The position numbers and the translations under genes are program-made. Positions 25,387 to 38,000 of a DNA stretch of 64,000 bases are shown piece by piece. Origin of the DNA: Balanoglossus misakiensis. Its lineage: Eukaryota; Animalia; Hemichordata. Within the stretch, counting starts at the first letter, position 1, and every line of letters starts with the position of its first letter. Location of the stretch: positions 124,001 to 188,000 of the forward strand of contig CM082586.2 in the NCBI GenBank assembly GCA_040954595.2, read 5' to 3'. The notes under the pieces are model-generated. The model saw only the letters and a program-made list of their open reading frames with translations, was not told the origin of the DNA and did not search any database.

Positions 25387-26929
25387 TTTCACTCGTTTTC
25401 AGGTGGAACCCTGTAGCGAATGACACCAAGTATTAAAACAGTTCATATATATACAAGAGAACGATATGAGGGATAATGTTTAAACAAATTTCAACAATAT
25501 AATAGTAACAGTATCCACAGAAATCCTTTCAAGCATAACAAAACAAAATACAACCAAAACAAACCGACCAAAACAAGGCAACAACGTTAGATCATAAATG
25601 ACTTTGAAGAAAGTTTGTTTTTAAATCATAACTTACCCCAGTTAGTTGGTCAACACCAAGATGCACTAGGTCAAACGTACTCAGGAGACAATTCAAGAAT
25701 GGTTATCACATCTCCAGATGGACTCTTATCATATGCCCGGATTAAACAATGTCTTTGTCATGTCTTGATTGTATCAGGTGAAGGAACTCCAGCAGATAAC
25801 GAATTGGTGTACCACAAAGACGTTTTGTCATCTTTAGCTATTGTTTGTATGCTTACATTTTATATGTCTGAACGACTATCCATGCAACTGTGAACAGTAT
25901 TACAGAGGGCCTACTTCAGTGCACGAGTGCCAAAAGATGTTGAACGCTCTCAGATGTACTATATAGTATACTACAGCTTCAGGCATCTGTGCTTCAGTCC
26001 ACTTGGCTAGGGATGGTTTGAAGTTCATTGTAGTGTAAAGGGTGACTCTGCGAAGATTCTTTGAAATGGGATGATTGGAAATAATGTTAATGCAAGTGTT
26101 GCTAGGGTAACAGAATTGTTCATCTTATTACCACATGTATAGGATAACATCAGCATTGGATTAATCATGAAATCATCAAGAGGCCAAAGACCGCTTAATT
26201 TGTGAACTTTGATTTAAGCTACTCGGTGCAGCAAATAATGCTGAGATATGAGAACCAGACAAGTTACATAAATGTCTAAATTTGGAGTGAATTCAAGGTC
26301 AAGCAAACAAAGCTGCCATAGAAAAAGAATGGACTATACCCGAGTAATCATTTTATCTACAGAGAAGGCTACTTATCATAATTCATGATACTTGTTTGAT
26401 TATAATTGTCCAATCAGTGAGATTTAATTGTTCAGACAAGCCTTACAGTCAGTGCTTTGGAGGAGGATCCTTGCCTGCATAAACATGTTTGGCTGGAGAC
26501 TTTATCTCTGCTTCTCCAAGTTTAATCGACACAAAATCTATTAACTGTAATGTACTCCTTTTTGATGACCATATGCAAATGTTAGATCGACAGGTTACTG
26601 CTACTCCTGCTTCTCAAACCTTTCTGGCTTTAAAATTTCACTCATTTATGTATCAAACACAGTTCTGTAAAAACAAAATGCACTAGCAACAATGGGCAGT
26701 TTTTTAAAACCCTATCACCCCATTTCCCTTTACAGAGGTCCAACTTTACTATATAAAATGATGGTTTGGACCAAACCATGGTGGTGGAAGGGTTAAGTCC
26801 ATCAATGACTGAGCTTTTTCAATGTTTACAAACCGTTTACATAAACGTATGCAGAAAAGATACAATTTTGTTCTGTAGTACTTTACATAAAACAAAGCAC
26901 TGCAGATACCATTTCACTCTTTGATAAAG

Positions 26930-26935
26930 TTTATT
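26930..26935 (-). terminator. Candidate polyadenylation signal of KIF13 (3' UTR ~2.1 kb)
   Basis: TTTATT on + (AATAAA on -) at the end of a long AT-rich non-coding stretch downstream of the KIF13 stop. Confidence 0.4.
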
Positions 26936-29008
26936 TAAAAATCTCTGAAAGAAACTAATTTTTTCCACCAGAAGCATCATTAACAACATCCCATGCAATC
27001 AGTTTACAAACAAAAAGCTAACACCCAAATTCGTTTGAAAAGGTTGAACAAAACTCAGTAGAGCACTGCAGCAATTAAAATCTATGTGGCTATAAAATAA
27101 CACAGGGATGAGATACTCCATGCTATAAGACTGGGACATTTAAAAAGCTAAATAAATAGTCAAAATCTAGGTTAAAATTGAATTCAAAAACTGCCAACAA
27201 AGTCTTTGTGGGTGAACTGTAGCATTATTTACAAAGCTAAATTCAAATGTAAATCTGTGCTTTAATCAAAAAAGAATATCTATCACTAAATCTGACCAGC
27301 TCCAGCTGATAATAAACCTAATACTGAATGAAAATGTGTAATTCAATCACCACAGAATGCCCCACTCATTAGACCCATCTATTGCTAACCATATAAAGCT
27401 TGCATATCCTTTAAAAGTATTCTTTACAGCATTTCAGTTTTCTGTAAAATTTGAAAAGTTCAAGTGGAAGCACAGAACCAGTAGATTCCAACATCACAAA
27501 AATGTCTGACAAAATCTAAAAACTGCGCATTAAAATGAATATCTTGTAACTAACACAGTAGAACCATGTGACATACATTATGGTCACATGACAAATAAAT
27601 TACCCTATACATACCATAAGTAACATATGTGACAAGTGTCTTATTTATGCAAATGAACAGACCACGGCCAACACATGTGATTTGTATTTGTCACTATTTG
27701 AATGTCAAGGTTGAAACATGTGACAATCACATGACCAAAATGTTGTACCTATGTCAAATTACCTTGTGTATTGAGTTGTAAATAGTTCAATGTTGTTAAA
27801 AATACAATTCCTTCTTTTGTTCTTACCACCAAATCAAACAATTAAAATATCCATCATTTGGAAATCTAAACTGTGCGTGCCTTTTTCTCTTCATGTTTGT
27901 ACGAAAAAAATGAAATATAAAAGGCAAAACAACTCTTTCATATATGCCGATATATTTCCTTGAAAACCAGCCAACTGCCTCTTGAAAAATATAAAATATG
28001 ACAATGAGATTTTTAAGGACTAAACCCTTCATTTATATAATTTTATGAGCCAACTATTCTGTTTGTACAATATGTAAATTAGTGGCAACAATTCAAAATA
28101 CTAATCCTTTCTATGTATTTGTGGAAACTAAATTTTGTATACAGCTGACCTCTCAATCCTAAGCAGATTCATATTTCAATAAACCAATCAGAACAAAAGT
28201 CAAATTTGCTTGATGAAAATAAAAGATTGAAAAGAAGTTTTAAATTAATTCAAAATGAGTACAAGTTAAATGACTTGTTAAATAAGATATCGTCTCATTT
28301 CAGAACAACATACACAAAGCAAGCAGTTATTTAATAATGCCAACTCTATCCAGGGCATATTCAACATCAGTCCTGTCACACATGCACACATCAATTTGAA
28401 TATTGTCTGTGTATCATAAAAATGTACAATATCATGGACATGAATATTTTTTCCCACAGACCTTTGGAAACTCAAAATATACAATTACACCATACGAATA
28501 CGTCATAATTTCTCAGGAACAAACCAGTTTGTACAGTGTCAGCAATCTTTGACACGTTATCCCATTCGGAGAAGACAAAGGATTCAAAATTTTAATCTGA
28601 TTTTCAAGATGATGATGATGACGGCAGAGGGCAACGATGATGGTAATGATAACGGCAAGGGTCTTATTAGTATCACAAAGGGAATAATGTGGAGAAATTT
28701 ACTTCCCATATTATTTTCCAATTGTGGTTGTCCTGACTCAGAAATCTTGCCAGGGAAATTCATGATCACAAACAAGCATACCACAAACACATCAAACAGT
28801 TTCCACAGACAAAAGTAAAGGTTAGTGGTGTGTGCAAGGCTACCAGAAATACTCTTTTCTCTCAAACAATTAGCAGCATAATGGTTACTGTGTGTAAACT
28901 GATCCATCGAAGACACTAAGTATAGTATCACCCTAAACTACCATACTAATATATGGCAGTTACTGAACAATGTGACCTTTCCTCTCTATTATTGTTGATT
29001 TTGACATT

Positions 29009-32000
29009 TCATTTCTTTCCATTTTTGCTGGTTTTAGGACTTCCAACTGGGCTTGATCCTTTACTAGAGTGGGGGGATGTATTCTTGGATATTCCATAAA
29101 ATTTTCCAGTCACCGGACTCCCAACTGGACTTGATCCTTTACTGGAGTGTGGACTACCACTTCCTGTTACTTTAGATGATGGGATAGATCTAGATTTGGA
29201 AGGCAATGGTTTCTTGCTCTGTGTCAGCTTGTCTGCTCTGACAAACACTCCATGCTTCGGTGGACAGCGGAAGTAATGCACACCATCCACGCTTCCATTG
29301 TTCTTGCCTAAAAGTAGATGAAGAAAAGATGAATAAATAAAAGAGAAATACATACTTTCCATCACTTCAAACAGTGCAATCACAAAAACTTGTACTGCAG
29401 TCTGATACATGACCACTTAGTCAAATAAACAGTAAGTCACAAGCAGATGTTCTCACTCTCTTTGTGCTCAAATAGCCACAACTGTTGACTGTATTTTTGT
29501 TCTGAGTATCTACTGCGAATTCTAGTTTTAATCCCTTTGAATCCATCCTCCACCAATTCCTCTGTTTTAAATGGGAACCTTTCTCTAAAGGAAAATGAAA
29601 ATGAAAGGCTTGAATAACCTCAGGAATGGTTAGAATTTGACTCACCAGTAGCTGCATCCAACATCACACCAATCCACGTTCCACTCTTAAAGGCTGTATT
29701 TCCAATAAATTTAACAGTACCAGTTCTGGAACTGCCAATATCCACACGCTCTCCAACCTTCAGCCATTTTGGCAGGGGTGCATTGATTCTCTCTGATTCA
29801 TGCCTGCTGTCAAAGGAACACACACTCAGGCTATCATCCCCATCAGAAAGGTCTTCCTGCACTCCACTGTTTCCGTGGTGATCACTCTTTTCGCTGTCGG
29901 TAACAGAGAGCCTCTCATCACCTCCCACGTCCATATCAGAATATCTGGTCTCTACAAACTCTGGAACAGCTAATTTCTCTCTGGTCACATCTACTTGGGT
30001 GGTACTCTTCTTAGTGTCCTGATCACTTGTAAACACATCATCATGGCTTTTGCCATCATCCCTTTCATCATCCTCAATTATAATCAACGGCTCAAATCCA
30101 CTCAGATTTTCATCATCATTATCTGCACCATCGCCCCCACACTCATTTTCTTCTCCATCACCACTTCTCTTTGCTGCATCTGTTTCTATGACAACCAATA
30201 TGGTTTCAATGCCTTTGTCAGATACATTCTCGCATTTTTTATCTTCATTCCTTGGTGTTACAGTGTCACCTTCAGAAACATTACAATTTTCATCACCCTT
30301 CCCTTGGTTTTCACTGATTTTCTCATCAGGAGAAGACTTATCATTTCTCTCATTTTTTTCACTTGTTACGTTTCCTTTCATGAGACCTTCCACAAATTGA
30401 TGCTCAGTTAGCGTGTCTGTCAATTCACTCACATCCTGGTCTCTAGGTGAATTTTCCCGTGAACTTTCAATAGTCTCATTAAAGAACAAGTCATGGCTAG
30501 TTGTTTCGTCATCTTGAGATCTCTGTTCAGTTAGGTTCTGTTGGATAATATCAGTCCACTCAGCATGACTGCGGTGGTTTAAGTCATGCCCCGCAGCATG
30601 ACTGTGTTGGGTAAAGTCAGGCCCCTCATCAACACTACGAATACTCAGACTGTCTTCAGCCAAGGTCAGATTAGAGCTGTATCCACTAGAAACAGTACTG
30701 AGAGGGCGCTGTTTATCTTCGTTGAAATTTGACGAAGTGAAGGACGTCATTTCTGAGTGTGTGCTGGATACAACAGTTTTTGCTGCAATGTTTTCCGGCT
30801 GATCAGACAGAGACAACTTACTCAGAGGAGCAAATGCAGGATTAGAATCATTTTCCATGGAAAGAGCGAAATTCTTCTGCATGCTGGAAGGATCGGTGTC
30901 TTCTCTAGGACCTGACTCTGATGAATTTGTGGGCGTTTGCTGCAGATTTGGCGATCTTCTGTGACTGGGAGATTTCACAGGGATCAGGATGGCATTGGGA
31001 CTCAGTGACTTTTCCTCTTCTTGTTTTGTTTCCAATAAATCAATCTACAAATAGGAAAGAGAAATGAAAAATAAACATTTTACTTTAGTTCGCATAAACT
31101 AAAGAATAATATCAACTTTCACCATCTAGACACGAACTTCAATAATAATTTGAAAGGGTTTGGGGGAACTTTTGGTAGTTGTGTTCAGTTTTGTCTGCCA
31201 GTGACCTGTGACTTATCATACATGGCCTATCACATTCAATCTATTGTATGATCAAGATTTCCTTGGAAACTAAAGTGATGGTGTTTTTATAATCAGATGT
31301 TATAAGATTTGCATAATTTTGCTATGAAACTGTAACTATTAACACAATCAATGAATCTGCTCAATGTGGAAACTTGATGACCACATGATAGTCACATGCC
31401 ACTCACTGAACACATGTTAATCACCAGACAAAGTGCCACTGTTAAAGTTTCAAAGAATTCAGCACTTTTTATTACCCTGTAAGGCAACCTTTAGATTCAA
31501 GATTATTTTATTGTTTTGGATGTTGGCTTGTTCCCTCTAGGATGACAAGCAAAATGTCTTTATAGCTGCCATGCATGCAAGTTCAGGTTTCTCCCTGACT
31601 ACTCAGCATGGCAAGAAGGAGTAACTATCTTGTTCCTTAGCAGGACAAGAAATTCTACCTTGAGGCTCCCTAATAAGCACAGCAAGAAGGAAATATTGTT
31701 TGCCAGCACAAGAATATTTGCTTCAGTAAAGGAAAGGATAATTTCACACACTCCTTTTTGATGAATTTCTTTAGATTGTGTCAAACTTTCTTATGTTAGT
31801 GACACTGAAGCACCAGAATGCCTCTCAACGCCCAGAGTGTCACCCACCCAACACATCCTAGAATACCTGCAACCATATTTTGTTTTTGTTTTAATTTAAG
31901 AAAAACAATCATCTGCTTAAAACCAGAAATAAAACATGTGTGTATTACTTTGTGTGAAAGGGAGTGTACAGATATTGAAACATCACCAGGTGGCTTGTGA

Positions 32001-35000
32001 TGAAATTTGTTGTGTGTAAAGATAATGTAAGCATATTTCACGATCCAGTTGGCAGTTTTGGAAACTACAGTAAATATTGTATAGCTATCAGAACTGGCTG
32101 TTAATCTTGAGAGTTTTGATAAAATTAAGAATATCTGATCTTCAAAAGTACTTATACACTTTGCATTGTCTTGAGTCAATTCCTAAACTTAAAGTTACAC
32201 TTTATGTAATGTACTGACCCATATCAGAGAGTTATTGTGTAACACAGGTCATTAACCTCTATTGCTACCAAAACTGCCAACTTTGAAAGAAGTGCATTTG
32301 GTTGATTTGGTCAGTTGTCACACGTTGTCAATCAATGCTATACAAGTCAATACCATGATACTGTTACAATGATACAAAATTTAAAATGTTTAAAAATATA
32401 TCTTGACACCAAATTAGTTGCTACAAATTAGAATAATAAAATTAAAAATAAATTTACTGACAGAAATAACTTCTCTATTTCTATACTAATACACCCAGAT
32501 GCATTACCAACATTTACTTAACATGCATGACTATGAGTACACATTCCTTAATGCTATATTTACTGATAGGTCAGTTTAAATGGAAAATAACCAATCATTA
32601 AGCTTGTTCTTTACCTATTAATTAGCATATACAATGTTATAGGCTGCTGCTCTGTTGGTCAGCAAAAAAAGAAAAGAAACACTTAAGTATTCAAATCAGC
32701 ACAATATTAGCTGCTTGTCATCTGTAGGAATAAAAATTGCGTCAAGGACATGGTGGTCCCATTGAGTGATTACACAAGAAAAAGTCTACACCGAAGTACA
32801 TGGCCATATACAGACAGACAGACAGACACACACACACAAAGCGAGAGGTCAATGGGCAAACACTGACTGATCCATAAGCTGCCAATGGCATATGTACTGT
32901 ACATACACTAAATAGAACAGCTGGCCTCTTTAAAACTTAGCCAGTTATGTAATCATTCAGGAATTTGCTGTGTTTTTATGAATCACAGAGGGGAGTTCCT
33001 GCCTAATTAAAACAACTCAATCAAGTAAATACACACCACTTTGCAAAGCAATCTGACCAGTAGTTCGTGAGTTACTTAGTTTTGACCAAATTAACATTTT
33101 TCCAGCTAATTTGCATATTTTAGGCAATGACAACTTCATTTGAACAAACTCCCATCTACAGCCCAGCCTGCATCAGCACACTGAATATCAAGGTGATACA
33201 CGCAGTGGTTATCAAGTTTTTGATGTGGACGGACATACATACATACATCCATCCATCCATACAGTATACATACATACACACGCAACCGATCCCATAAGGT
33301 CCCATGGTACATACCAATGGGACCCAACAACAATCTAATATCGGACTGTCGACACAGAGATCTGATGGGACTATGAATGCCCAGATGAACTGTATAGCTC
33401 TCAAATCACAGCAAAAGAAGGCGATACAAAAGCTTGGGGTGTGTTGCACTGACCGTTAACAGATCCCGTGAGGAGTACGGTGCCCAGAGCGCTAACACAT
33501 CCCCAAACTCCCATGACCTCTTTTGCACACAACAATACAATGGCGGACTCGCGCAAGCCTCTCACAAACATAAACATCCCTGTGTCAACAAAATGAACAC
33601 TGTATAGCTCTCAAATCACAGCAAAAGAAGGCGATACAAAAGCTTGGGGTGTGTTGCACTGACCTGCGTTAACAGATCCCGTGAGGAGTACGGTGCCCAG
33701 AGCGCTAACACATCCCTAAACTCCCATGACCTCTTTTGCACACAACAATACAATGGCGGACTCGCGCGAGCCTCTCACAAACATAAACATCCCTGTGTCA
33801 ACAAAATGAACACTGTATAGCTCTCAAATCACAGCAAAAGAAGGCGATACAAAAGCTTGGGGTGTGTTGCACTGACTTGCGTTAACAGATCCCGTGAGGA
33901 GTACGGTGCCCAGAGCGCTAACACATCCCTAAACTCCCATGACCTCTTTTGCACACAACAATACAATGGCGGACTCGCGCGAGCCTCTCACAAACATAAA
34001 CATCCCTGTGTCAACAAAATGAACACTGTATAGCTCTCAAATCACAGCAAAAGAAGGCGATACAAAAGCTTGGGGTGTGTTGCACTGACTTGCGTTAACA
34101 GATCCCGTGAGGAGTACGGTGCCCAGAGCGCTAACACATCCCCAAACTCCCATGACCTCTTTTGCACACAACAATACAATGGCGGACTCGCACGAGCCTC
34201 TCACAAACATAAACATCCCTGTGTCAACAAAATGAACACTGTATAGCTCTCAAATCACAGCAAAAGAAGGCGATACAAAAGCTTGGGGTGTGTTGCACTG
34301 ACTTGCGTTAACAGATCCCGTGAGGAGTACGGTGCCCAGAGCGCTAACACATCCCCAAACTCCCATGACCTCTTTTGCACACAACAATACAATGGCGGAC
34401 TCGCGCGAGCCTCTCACAAACATAAACATCCCTATGTCTACAAAATGAACACTGTATAGCTCTCAAATCACAGCAAAAGAAGGCGATACAAAAGCTTGGG
34501 GTGTGTTGCACTGACTTGTGTTAACAGATCCCGTGAGGAGTACGGTGCCCAGAGCGCTAACACATCCCCAAACTCCCATGACCTCTTTTGCACACAACAA
34601 TACAATGGCGGACTCGCACGAGCCTCTCACAAACATAAACATCCCTATGTCTACAAAATGAACACTGTATAGCTCTCAAATCACAGCAAAAGAAGGCGAT
34701 ACAAAAGCTTGGGGTGTGTTGCACTGACTTGTGTTAACAGATCCCGTGAGGAGTACGGTGCCCAGAGCGCTAACACATCCCCAAACTCCCATGACCTCTT
34801 TTGCACACAACAATACAATGGCGGACTCGCGCGAGCCTCTCACAAACATAAACATCCCTATGTCTACAAAATGAACACTGTATAGCTCTCAAATCACAGC
34901 AAAAGAAGGCGATACAAAAGCTTGGGGTGTGTTGCACTGACTTGCGTTAACATATCCCGTGAGGAGTACGGTGCCCAGAGCGCTAACACATCCCCAAACT

Positions 35001-38000
35001 CCCATGACCTCTTTTGCACACAACAATACAATGGCGGACTCGCACGAGCCTCTCACAAACATTAACATCCCTATGTCTACAAAATGAACACTGTATAGCT
35101 CTCAAATCACAGCAAAAGAAGGCGATACAAAAGCTTGGGGTGTGTTGCACTGACTTGCGTTAACAGATCCCGTGAGGAGTACGGTGCCCAGAGCGCTAAC
35201 ACATCCCCAAACTCCCATGACCTCTTTTGCACACAACAATACAATGGCGGACTCGCACGAGCCTCTCACAAACATAAACATCCCTGTGTCAACAAAATGA
35301 ACACTGTATAGCTCTCAAATCACAGCAAAAGAAGGCGATACAAAAGCTTGGGGTGTGTTGCACTGACTTGCGTTAACAGATCCCGTGAGGAGTACGGTGC
35401 CCAGAGCGCTAACACATCCCCAAACTCCCATGACCTCTTTTGCACACAACAATACAATGGCGGACTCGCACGAGCCTCTCACAAACATAAACATCCCTGT
35501 GTCAACAAAATGAACACTGTATAGCTCTCAAATCACAGCAAAAGAAGGCGATACAAAAGCTCGGGGTATGTTGCGGTGACCTGCGTTAACAGATCCCGTG
35601 AGGAGTACGGTGCCCAGAGCGCTAACACAACCCCAAACTCCCATGACCTCTTTTGCACACAACAATTCAATGGCGGACTCGCATGAGCCTCTCACAAACA
35701 TAAACATCCCTGTGTCAACAAAATGAACACTGTATAGCTCTCAAATCACAGCAAAAGAAGGCGATACAAAAGCTTGGGGTGTGTTGCACTGACTTGCGTT
35801 AACAGATCCCGTGAGGAGTACGGTGCCCAGAGCGCTAACACATCCCCAATTCAAACTCGTGGACACAAACTATTTACATTCCTAGGTCCAAAACTTTAAC
35901 TACAGTGAGACAAAACTGTTAGGCTTTTCTCATATTTAAAATCAAGTATTGAAATGCAAAATAAAGTGTTAAAATGCAAATTAAGACCGACAGGAGTGGT
36001 TCTTCTTTTCTCCAATGAAGTTCAACTTTGCTCTATGGGCAAACACTGACTGACCCATGACAATCCGATTGTTGTTGGGTCCCATTGGTATGTAAATTGG
36101 GACCCAACAACAATCTAATATCGGACTGTCGACACAGAGATCTGATGAGACGATGAATGCCAAGATGAACTGTATGGCTCTCAAATCACATCAAAAGAAG
36201 GCAATACAAAAGCTTGGGGTGTGTTGCACTGACCTGCGTTAACAGATCCCGTGAGGAGTACGGTGCCCAGAGTGCTAACACATTCCCAAATACGAACTCA
36301 TGGACACAAACTATTTACATTTCTAGGTCCAAAACTTTAACTACAGTTGAGTGAGACAAAACTGTTCTCATATTTAAATCAAGTATTGAAATGCAAATTA
36401 AAGTGTTAAAATGCAAATTAAGACCGACGGGAGTGGTTCTTCTTTTCTCCAATGAAGTTCAACTTTGCTCAATGGGCAAACACTGACTGACCCATAAGCT
36501 GCCAATGGCATATGTACTGTACATACACTAAATAGAACAGCTGGCCTCTTTAAAACTTAGCCAGTTATGTAATCATTCAGGAATTTGCTGTGTTTTTATG
36601 AATCACAGAGGGGAGTTCCTGCCTAATTAAAACAACTCAATCAAGTAAATACACACCACTTTGCAAAGCAATCTGACCAGTAGTTCGTGAGTTACTTAGT
36701 TTTGACCAAATTAACATTTTTCCAGCTAATTTGCATATTTTAGGCAATGACAACTTCATTTGAACAAACTCCCATCTACAGCCCAGCCTGCATCAGCACA
36801 CTGAATATCAAGGTGATACACGCAGTGGTTATCAAGTTTTTGATGTGGACGGACATACAGACATACATCCATACATACAGACGCAACCCATCCCATAAGG
36901 TCCCATGGTATATATACCTATACAAATGGGACCTAAAAACAGATGCATGTTTGTTTGTTTGTATGTTTGTTTTGATGTTTGTTTGATGTAAATGTGTTTT
37001 CCTTGTGAACCCCCTTTGCCATGCAATGTCTGTCTGTCCGCTTGTCTCTACCTTTGAATGTCTGTCTGTCTGTATCTGTCTTTAACACTGTAAACTAACA
37101 AACCATGTTGCAAGTTTCATTGTCAGTCTGATACAATGTAACTGTTCAAAATTGCATGATAGATTTTTGTGATTGGTCCACTGTCATGATTGACATATAT
37201 ATGTATGTGGGTATCACACAGAAACCATGTACTTTTAAATGGACAACGCAGTGAAAATGATTGCCTCCATATGTGTGATATTTGGTAGTGTTTGGTTTGG
37301 AATTGGTTCGTTTATTATCAAGATCCATATATTGCTATGGCAACCTGTCTGCCTAACAAAGGGCTACATCTGATATAAGCCAAACACAGCTAACTACTTT
37401 GCATATAATACCTGGCTATCAGCCCTTATTAGCATGAAGCACCTGGAAACCCATACTTACCAAATTGGAACTATCAGTATGTGATAATTCTTTTGATTTC
37501 TCCTCTTTGACTGATCCTAAATGATGGTGATGACTGTACTTTCCTGGGCTGGCACTGATGGATTTGGGGCTGCTTGCATGTATTCCGAACGGAGACATTC
37601 CAAAGGGGGGCATTCCGGGACTTCCGGGACTGTTCAGACTTCCAGGATTATGAAGACTACCTAGTGAACTATACATGAATGGTGCTTCAAAGGAATCAGA
37701 TTTGGGTCTCCGGAAAAATAACAGTGATTCTGGTGGTTGTTGGGGACTATGGGCATAATATCCATACGGTGATCCAGGGTTTCCGTATGGTGATCCGGGG
37801 TTTCCGTATGGTGATCCTGGCAGTGACTGTTGGCTGGAATTCAGTTGGCTATGAAGACTCTCTGATTTGGACATCTACAAGGAGGTTTAAAAGAAAAAGC
37901 CATACAAGGGCAACTAAATTACCACAAAACACAAATGACAGGAAACATGCAGTGGAAAACAACAACATCATATTTGGGAAACAAAATTTAATAAGAGATA

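Noticed and set aside
25640-26460. Possible LINE reverse-transcriptase remnant
   Set aside because: Only a vague LFTV-like fragment with no supporting RT motifs.
29995-30411. Plus-strand ORFs over the large KIF13 exon, and similar ones at 17210-17599 and 45001-45303
   Set aside because: Antisense shadows of real coding exons.
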